From positions 195,777 through 259,776 of the forward strand of contig JALHRM010000001.1 of assembly GCA_022841445.1 (NCBI GenBank): a stretch of DNA of 64,000 bases. Direction: 5' to 3'. The notes under the pieces are model-generated. The model had not been told where the DNA came from. It worked only from the letters and a program-made list of their open reading frames with translations, and did not search any database. A program made the position numbers and the translations under genes. Numbering within the stretch: position 1 is the first letter of the stretch; every line of letters starts with the position of its first letter. This stretch comes from Candidatus Saccharimonadota bacterium (GTDB taxonomy: Bacteria; Patescibacteriota; Saccharimonadia; Saccharimonadales; UBA10212). Below, piece after piece: positions 8,746 through 16,700 of the stretch.

Positions 8746-9353
8746 TTTCTAGATGCTCGTCTTGCTTTTGCTTGATTTATTTGCCTTACATTGTAGGCGC
8801 CAGAACCAGCTATTGCGATAGTTGCAACAGACTGGAGTGTTCCTGCTAATCGGGGCATGCGCTCGCCCAAAGGAGATGCGGAAAATAAGTCAGCTGTCGC
8901 ACGTATGAGAGTAGTAGCTTTACCAAAGTCGTTAGCCTTAACGTCAACATGTTCAGCTGGGTTGCCGCTGTTTGCCATCAGTCTTTGTCGGGTTACGAGT
9001 GCGTCCCGCAAAGTCCGCAGAGCAAACTGCCAACGGCTTAACTGACTTCTTTCTGTTAATTCCAGCTCGTGACGGAACATAACCCATTTATCGACGATTG
9101 AATCTCCAATTGCCCCCAGTTCCGTGCAACCATTAAAAGACCTGGCCACCATACCATCTATCGGATCAGTACCAGCAACCAACGTGCGCACACCTGTATC
9201 ACGCCAAGTCCAAGGATCGCGTGGATCCTTTCTTATTAGAAAAGGTGCAACCAAACGGGCACTCGTAGCCGTGCACGCCAAAAAGGCTCCAACTCTTTGA
9301 GTAGCAGAAAATCCGGCAACTTGATCTGCAGTTTTTTGCAATACTTCGACCAT
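8742..9353 (-). CDS. CDP-alcohol phosphatidyltransferase family protein (tentative)
   Basis: Exact spacing of the family motif D-x2-DG-x2-AR-x8-G-x3-D-x3-D in DPIDGMVARSFNGCTELGAIGDSIVD. Hydrophobicity is lower than usual for the family. Confidence 0.5.
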   Translation of the reverse strand: MVEVLQKTADQVAGFSATQRVGAFLACTATSARLVAPFLIRKDPRDPWTWRDTGVRTLVAGTDPIDGMVARSFNGCTELGAIGDSIVDKWVMFRHELELTERSQLSRWQFALRTLRDALVTRQRLMANSGNPAEHVDVKANDFGKATTLIRATADLFSASPLGERMPRLAGTLQSVATIAIAGSGAYNVRQINQAKARRASRN

Positions 9354-9432
9354 AAATCAAATTTATTATACGCTATATTCAATTTATTTTAATTGAATGA
9401 GATTTAACCTATGAGTGTAAACTATATATGTC

Positions 9433-10218
9433 ATGGGAAAAACGAACACACCGGTATTGCCTGCTTTGAATGTTCAAAAACTCAAGAAGCAGTATAAATC
9501 CGGCACAAAAGCCTTGAATGGCATCGACCTCACTATTGAACAAGGTGCGTTTTTGGGTTTGCTCGGACCAAACGGTGCCGGAAAATCAACGCTTATCCAT
9601 TGCATTATGGGTCTGGCTATACCCACCAGTGGTACGGCACAAGTATTTGGTCATGATGTTGTGAATGAATATCAAGCCGCCCGGCAATTATGCGGTTTAG
9701 CGCCTCAAGACCTTAACCTCGACTGGTTTCTGACCGTCGAAGAAACGCTTGACTACCACGGTGGGTACTATGGCATGGGTAAAATCGACCGCAGAAAACG
9801 GATAGACGAACTTTTGGATGCATTTTCACTAACCGAAAAACGAAAATCCAAAGCCTGGGGGTTATCGGGAGGGATGAAGCGTCGGGTAATTATTGCCCGT
9901 GCGCTGATGCATAACCCAAAACTGCTTATACTTGACGAACCAACAGCAGGAGTAGATGTCGAACTTCGGCTTGAACTATGGAACTACATGAAAAAGACCA
10001 ATAAAGCCGGAACGACCATCCTATTAACAACCCATTATATTGAAGAAGCCGAAGAACTTTGTGACAGTATCGCACTGATTAACGGTGGAAAAATAATAGA
10101 CCAGGGAAGCCCATCCGGACTCAAGAAACGATTTAGTAAAAAGAGTCTGGAGGATGTTTACTTGTCTGTTGTTGGGAGAGAAGAATTAGCCCGCGGGGGA
10201 TCACTTGATGGCGTTTAG
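9433..10218 (+). CDS. ABC transporter ATP-binding protein (ABC-2 exporter type)
   Basis: Walker A GPNGAGKST, signature LSGGMKRR, Walker B LILDEPTAGVD. Confidence 0.85.
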   Translation: MGKTNTPVLPALNVQKLKKQYKSGTKALNGIDLTIEQGAFLGLLGPNGAGKSTLIHCIMGLAIPTSGTAQVFGHDVVNEYQAARQLCGLAPQDLNLDWFLTVEETLDYHGGYYGMGKIDRRKRIDELLDAFSLTEKRKSKAWGLSGGMKRRVIIARALMHNPKLLILDEPTAGVDVELRLELWNYMKKTNKAGTTILLTTHYIEEAEELCDSIALINGGKIIDQGSPSGLKKRFSKKSLEDVYLSVVGREELARGGSLDGV

Positions 10219-10978
10219 AAACTACATGGGATTCTGGACGGTACTGCGACGAGAACTGTCAAGATTCTGGTCTATTAAGCGTCAAACGCTTTTCGGACCT
10301 CTCCTTGAAACATATTTATATATCAGCGTTTTTGGCGCAGCACTTGGTAGTCGCATACAAGATCTTGAAGGCTACAGCTATACAGCGTTTATAATTCCCG
10401 GTTTACTGCTTATGGCGATTGCCATGAATGCCTTTTCAAACAACTCTTCTTCCCTGCTACAACAAAAACTTCAACGCGCCATTGATGATCAGTTGTCATC
10501 GCCTGTCAGTAATACTGCGCTGATGGTCGCCTTTACACTTGGTGGGTTTATACGTGGCGCCATAATCGCCACTGTCAGCTTTATGACAGCCGCCTTGCTG
10601 ATTGACTTACCGGTTGTACACCCGTTGCTGCTTATTTCGAGTTTGGCAATCTGCGGCCTGTTTTTTGCATCACTGGGGGTTTTGGTCGGATTACGCTCCG
10701 AGACATTTGATAATGTCAGTTTTTATCAGACGTTCATCATCCAACCACTGATCTTCCTCGGTGGTATATTCTATTCGGTTAGTTTACTCTCGGAGCCATT
10801 TAAAACGCTGACACAGTTCAACCCAATGCATTACATGATTAATACCGTTCGCTATGGGATGCTCGGTGACGCTGACGTTAACCCATACCTTTCTTTAGTG
10901 ATTATTTCAGTCGTAACCGCACTCATTATCGGCGTCAACCTGCGTCTTTTCCAAAAAGGATACAGGCTGAGACAATAA
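10205..10978 (+). CDS. ABC-2 type transporter permease
   Basis: Six predicted TM helices. Overlaps the upstream ATPase gene by 14 nt. Confidence 0.75.
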   Translation: MMAFRNYMGFWTVLRRELSRFWSIKRQTLFGPLLETYLYISVFGAALGSRIQDLEGYSYTAFIIPGLLLMAIAMNAFSNNSSSLLQQKLQRAIDDQLSSPVSNTALMVAFTLGGFIRGAIIATVSFMTAALLIDLPVVHPLLLISSLAICGLFFASLGVLVGLRSETFDNVSFYQTFIIQPLIFLGGIFYSVSLLSEPFKTLTQFNPMHYMINTVRYGMLGDADVNPYLSLVIISVVTALIIGVNLRLFQKGYRLRQ

Positions 10979-11046
10979 AAGATATGTAATTCATAGCCTC
11001 TTGGTTCGTGATTAATTTAGCCTACTACGCACGTTATACTAATTTT

Positions 11047-11637
11047 ATGAGTGCAAAACGAGTTGGTATTTTTGGCGGGACATTTGACCCAGTACACTTG
11101 TCGCATGTTGCTATCGCCAAGGCAGCCCTAGATCAGTTAAAGCTGGATGAAGTTTGGTTTTTCGTTGATAAGATTCCTAAAAACAAACCAGGCGCGACAG
11201 ACTATAACCATCGACTTGCAATGGTTGATCTAGCAACAAAGCAAAATTCCCGCCTGATGATTGACCCGACAGATCAGATGGCTACGCACAAGTCATACGA
11301 CTACACCACCCTTGTCAGAGCCAAGGCTTCTTTCCCCAACACTAAATTTATACTTATTGCGGGTATTGATGTGATGTCCACATTCCATACATGGAAACAA
11401 CGTGACTTATTAATGAAAGAGGCTAGCTTTGCTGTTGCCCCCCGTGTTGGCTGGAATAATGAAAGTCTTCTTACAATGCTAGAAAGGCTCGGGGAATCAT
11501 CAAAACTTTTTGACTACCGATTTATCGATGTTACACCGAGCAGAGTTTCGTCAAGTAAGTCTCGACATGATTCCGATTTGCAGGATATCGATAAAGTAGT
11601 TCAAACATACATAAAAAAGCATAATCTATACACTTAA
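11047..11637 (+). CDS. nadD: Nicotinate-nucleotide adenylyltransferase
   Basis: GIFGGTFDPVHLSH (GxFxPxHxGH-type nucleotidyltransferase motif). The internal ATG at 11047 is preferred over the ORF-track start at 11008. Confidence 0.8.
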   Translation: MSAKRVGIFGGTFDPVHLSHVAIAKAALDQLKLDEVWFFVDKIPKNKPGATDYNHRLAMVDLATKQNSRLMIDPTDQMATHKSYDYTTLVRAKASFPNTKFILIAGIDVMSTFHTWKQRDLLMKEASFAVAPRVGWNNESLLTMLERLGESSKLFDYRFIDVTPSRVSSSKSRHDSDLQDIDKVVQTYIKKHNLYT

Positions 11638-11719
11638 TAGCCAGTTTACATATACCCGCCGGCTAACTCTTAAGCGGCTCATCCTTGACAGTGATGAGTC
11701 AATACGTGTTGAATAGAGT

Positions 11720-13258
11720 ATGCCTGAAAAAAATGAAACACTAGTCATTCTTGATTATGGATCGCAGTATACCCAACTCATAGCAAGACGTACTCGAGAA
11801 CTGGGGATATATAGCGTCATACTTCCCTTTTCAACAGATATTGCAACAATCAGAGACTATGAACCAAAAGGAATTATTTTGTCAGGCGGTCCAAACTCGG
11901 TCTATGAAAAAAACGCCCCGAAGCTTGATACAAACATCCTAGGCACACATCTACCGATACTGGGTATTTGCTACGGACTCCAGCTGCTAGCCCTCCATTT
12001 TGGTGGAAAAGTTGAAGCGTCTTCCACTAGAGAATACGGCCTGGCATCGATTAAACTCACCGACAAAAGCGCCCTACTCGATAAAAAGACTGACGGTAGC
12101 AAAGTGTGGATGAGTCATGGTGATCATGTAAGTATGGCGCCTAAAAAGTTTGTCGTTTCGGCAATGAGCGGCAACACTATATGCGCACTGGAATCTACCG
12201 ATGACAACATATTTGGCCTGCAGTTCCACCCAGAAGTCAGTCACAGCACATTTGGCGTAGATGTACTTAAAAACTTTTTAGTTAACATCTGCAAGTTCAG
12301 TCAAAGCTGGACTCCCGGATCATTTATCGACACCGAGACAAAACGCATCCAGGAACTTGTCGGAAAAGATAAAGTCATCTGCGCACTCTCAGGTGGAGTA
12401 GATTCATCCGTTGCCGCAACTCTAGTTAGCAAAGCTATTGGCGATCAACAAGTATGCGTATTTGTCGATACCGGCTTACTGCGCAAAGATGAGTACGATG
12501 ACGTGCTTGAGGCTTATAAAAACATAGGACTAAACGTTACCCCAGTGCGTGCCAAAGAGCGTTTTTTGAGTAAGCTGGCGGGTGTTACCGACCCTGAGAC
12601 GAAACGTAAGATTATTGGTAACGAGTTTATAGAAATTTTCGACGAAGAAGCCAAAAAAATTGGTAATGCCGGCTGGTTAGTTCAGGGTACACTCTACCCT
12701 GATGTCATCGAATCAGTATCGGTATTTGGCCCATCTGTCACTATTAAGTCTCACCATAACGTTGGTGGGCTGCCCGAAAAAATGAACTTAAAACTCATTG
12801 AACCTTTACGAGAATTATTCAAGGACGAAGTCCGCAAAATTGGAGCTGAACTTGGGCTGCCCGATGCTATTACCCTGCGGCAACCCTTCCCCGGCCCGGG
12901 TCTTGCTATTAGGATTATTGGTGAAGTTAACGACGAGGCTATTTCGCTGGTTCAGGCCGCCGATGCAATTGTGCGTGAAGAGGTTGGTGGTTCTAATGTT
13001 CGTGAGAGTCTTTGGCAATACTTTGCTGTACTGCTGCCGATTCAATCTGTTGGCGTGATGGGTGATGGCCGAACATATGAAAAAGTTGTAGCTATACGGG
13101 CTGTGTCGTCATTAGATGGCATGACTGCAGACTGGGCCAAGTTGCCTCACGAGCTGCTGGAAAAAATATCGGGCCGGATCGTTAGCGAAGTAAGGGGCAT
13201 CAACCGAGTAGTGTACGATATAACATCCAAACCGCCAGGCACTATTGAATGGGAATAA
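11720..13258 (+). CDS. guaA: GMP synthase (glutamine-hydrolysing)
   Basis: GATase ILGICYGLQ and HPEV. PP-loop SGGVDSSV. C-terminal dimerisation domain ending TIEWE. Confidence 0.95.
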   Translation: MPEKNETLVILDYGSQYTQLIARRTRELGIYSVILPFSTDIATIRDYEPKGIILSGGPNSVYEKNAPKLDTNILGTHLPILGICYGLQLLALHFGGKVEASSTREYGLASIKLTDKSALLDKKTDGSKVWMSHGDHVSMAPKKFVVSAMSGNTICALESTDDNIFGLQFHPEVSHSTFGVDVLKNFLVNICKFSQSWTPGSFIDTETKRIQELVGKDKVICALSGGVDSSVAATLVSKAIGDQQVCVFVDTGLLRKDEYDDVLEAYKNIGLNVTPVRAKERFLSKLAGVTDPETKRKIIGNEFIEIFDEEAKKIGNAGWLVQGTLYPDVIESVSVFGPSVTIKSHHNVGGLPEKMNLKLIEPLRELFKDEVRKIGAELGLPDAITLRQPFPGPGLAIRIIGEVNDEAISLVQAADAIVREEVGGSNVRESLWQYFAVLLPIQSVGVMGDGRTYEKVVAIRAVSSLDGMTADWAKLPHELLEKISGRIVSEVRGINRVVYDITSKPPGTIEWE

Positions 13259-13288
13259 CGTTGCGGCAATTTATCACTGATCACCCGC

Positions 13289-13642
13289 TCAGCTCAAGAA
13301 AAAGTACCTAAGCACTACGGCTTCAATTACCAGCGACAATGCTCCGATAGTTTTTCTGAAATGACTGTCACCAAACACTACTTCCAAGATCGACCATGCA
13401 AGCCATGCAATTATCGCTACCCACGCGGCAAAAGCATGAATCAATCCTTTGTTAGTCATTAGTGCAACGCTTGAAGAGGCGAAAGCTACAATTATGAGTA
13501 TATTTGGCCTCTGGTAAATAACTACGTTGCCGTGTTTGTCTTCGAAGAATGAGTTCCAAATGCGGGAAGATTTTACCATATATACATTATAAGTGACTAC
13601 TTTGCCTACTTTATGTGCTGCCGGATGTGCTACCGGCGCCAC
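13289..13642 (-). CDS. Small integral membrane protein (hypothetical); start uncertain (13642 or 13579)
   Basis: Three hydrophobic helices (ILIIVAFASSSVALM, AFAAWVAIIAWLAWSIL, ALSLVIEAVVL). No recognisable family. Confidence 0.4.
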   Translation of the reverse strand: MAPVAHPAAHKVGKVVTYNVYMVKSSRIWNSFFEDKHGNVVIYQRPNILIIVAFASSSVALMTNKGLIHAFAAWVAIIAWLAWSILEVVFGDSHFRKTIGALSLVIEAVVLRYFFLS

Positions 13643-13650
13643 ATAATTAC

Positions 13651-13679
13651 TTGAGCTTGCTTTATTGTTGTGATATTGT
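13651..13679 (+). promoter_or_regulatory. Putative sigma-70-type promoter of the giant surface-protein gene
   Basis: TTGAGC (13651-13656), 17-nt spacer, TATTGT (13674-13679), with TG at the extended -10 position. Confidence 0.3.
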
Positions 13680-13709
13680 TCATTTTAGTAAACAAGTAGT
13701 TAGCTCGCA

Positions 13710-16700
13710 ATGCTACACGAACATCACAAAAAACATAAAACTCGCTCGCATGGCGTACGAAAGGCTGATATGGATCGTACCGTACCAACATACCTTAAAA
13801 ATAAGTTTGTTCTACTGCTAATTGGAGTTATCGTCCTGACAGCCGGAATTCTCGGTTTTACCTATTGGAATGCGGCTAACAATGTGCAGCCTGCAGCGAA
13901 TAGAACAGAGGCAGATGTGTACAACCAAGATCGGGGGACTACTTCTGTTGCCGATTGGACCGCATCGGCCAATTATGATGTTGGTGCTTTTGGAATTATG
14001 ACTAAGGCTAGTAATCAGTTAGTTATAGGGTATAAAGCAGGTCCCAAATACGCCACGGGACAAGAAGCTTGCTGGAATCTGGTTATTCCAAGACCAGCAA
14101 ACGCTACTCAGTATCGCGTCAACTATGTAGATTTTGACTACCTTACTAACGAAGCTGGGGCTAATGGTGTCAAAGTAAAGGTTAATGGGCAGTCACAGAA
14201 TGTAACTATCATAGGGGGTCCTGGGGGTCATCAAGGCGGTGCACAGTTTAATCGTGTAATAAGAGTTGCCACGCCAGGCCTAGTGAACGGTGGCACCGTA
14301 TCAATTTGTAACTATGTTCTTGGTAACAACCAAGGTAATGGTACACACTTGTTTACTGATCAGAAGACTATCTACGTCAGCAAGTACAATATCTTCGGCG
14401 AGAAAGATATTCCTGATGCGCCGGCCGCACCAACAACAGTTAAGGTAACCGGCCAGGTACGAGACTGGAATAATAAGAACCTTGCGAATGTTACTATCGA
14501 CACATGTATTGCTGGTGTTAGCCCGAAGACCAACTCTCAGGGCATATATGAATTCAGCGTACCTCACAGTACTAGCTTTTGTTTGAGAGTAAACACAGGC
14601 GGGGGCGGTATACCAGCTGGCACTACTGGTGTAAAAGCTAACGCCGGGCAAGCCGCCGGATCAATCGCCGCAGCTGGGCAAGGTAGTTACGAATACCAAG
14701 TAGCCGGAGTAGCATGCCGAAACGGTGGCTGCGCGCCAGTACAAGGAACCAACGACCGTGATGTAGATACCGGTTATACTTTTAGTCTTCTAGGCACAAG
14801 TCCAACCGCTCCAGCACCTTCCACTCCAACAACGCTCAAGTGTGCTGGTGGATCAGGTCAAAAAGTCACCGTCATTAATGCCGAAGCGGGAGTCTGCGGT
14901 AATGGTACCGTGCCGTTTACTAGTCCGGCTGACCAAGTAGGAAGCGGTACATCAGTTATTCTGCCAAATACGAATAGCACAGTAGAATATACCTTCTCAG
15001 CTCCGGCTGATGGTAAGTACGTTGCAGCAGCAACGATGAGCAATGACAACCGCTACAAATCTACTGCAGCCAAGTACCGACTTAGCATTGCCACAGCCGG
15101 TGGTGCTCAAAGCAGCTCTAGCGAAGCTCTTACCCGTAAGGGTACATCAGCAACTGCAGCCAGCTATAGCGATTACGGCCTAGATGCTGCTAAGGCAGTA
15201 AATGCCACCAATGGTCAAAGTTTACTAGTGCGTGTTACTTTTTTGGAAGCTCAGAACAGCACCACGAATGGCGACCAGAACTTATACGTTGATCAATTAA
15301 AACTAGTGAAGGTTGGAGAGTTACCAGCTACACCGGGAGCCGGGAGCGGCGGATCAAGCGGCAATACCGGAAATGCTAACGGCACTTGTACAACTCCACA
15401 CACCGCAGTAGCACCTGCTGGTGCAACCCGCATTGAAGCTGAATCTGTTGGTAGCGGCAACCGTTCCGCCAGCGCTGTAGCAGGGCCTATCCATGTCATT
15501 GCCAATACTGCCGCGCTGAACGGAGCTACCGGTTGTCAGGCTGTTCGCCTGGTAACTGATGCCGGATTCGTAAAGTACCAATTTAGTCCAGCAGCCGGCA
15601 GCTATTCGTTAGTTGTCCGTGGTAAAGGTTCTATGAAGATGACATCAGTAAACAGATCGGGCGTCACCCTAAATCGCAATTTTGGAACGGCCTTTACCGA
15701 CCAGAATGTTAGCAGCATTGTAGAATCGGCAACCGCAGAAACAATAAGCGTTAGTGCTAATGAAAAAGTTCAAATAGAAATAAAGCGTAATGGTGGTGAT
15801 GCCTATGTCGACTTTATTGAGTTGAGGAAAGTGGCCGATCCTCCAGCAACCAACAATGGTGGCAATACCGGAAATGCCGGAGGAAGTGCCTTTAGTCCTT
15901 GTACCAACACCGGAAGCGGCCGAACCGATCTTGTACAAGCCGAGCAAGCCTTGTGTGTGAGTGGCGGTGGAGTAGTAGCCGATACCAACGCCGATGGCGA
16001 TAAAGCAGTTGTGTTAAGTCCATCAGGGGCTGCAGTCGAATACAAACTGCGGGCATCTACCACCGGCAGATACAATGCTGTGGCAAAGATGCGCAGTCAG
16101 CTAAACAACAACGGTAAAGTAACATTCGAGGTAATAAGTGAATCCGGTGCAGTGTTAGCTCGACAAACCGGCAAGGCAATAACTCAGAATGCTACGACTT
16201 ATACAAGATATACGGTAAGCAACAATGACAAAGTGGTAGACTTCAATCTTACCGACAACCAGCCTGTTACGATCCGCATCAAATCAGAAAGCTCTCAGCT
16301 GGTCCGAGTAGACAGCTTCAGTCTGAGTCGTGAAGGCAACACAACCCCTAGCGCTGGCAGTGGAACTAGTGGGACAGCCAGCAACACGGTTGCTTGCGCC
16401 AAAGGCGCTTCGCAGCAAGTCTTCACCGTTGAGGCAGAAAACGCTACTTGCGATAACCCTCCAAAAGCGGCAGTATTTAGCGGTCCCGCAAATCAGGTAG
16501 ATGGCGCCTTTGGTGGGCAGGCGGTCATCTTAGCGGCTAATAATTCTTCAGTTGAATACACCTTTATTGCTCCTGAGGATAATGATTATATTGCAGGGGC
16601 AAGGGTCAGTAACGACAATCGTTTTGTTGGCACCGAACGAGCAAAATTTGTATTGTCTATAGATTCAGGTGGTGCGCTCCGGCAGTCACCAGAGCAAACT

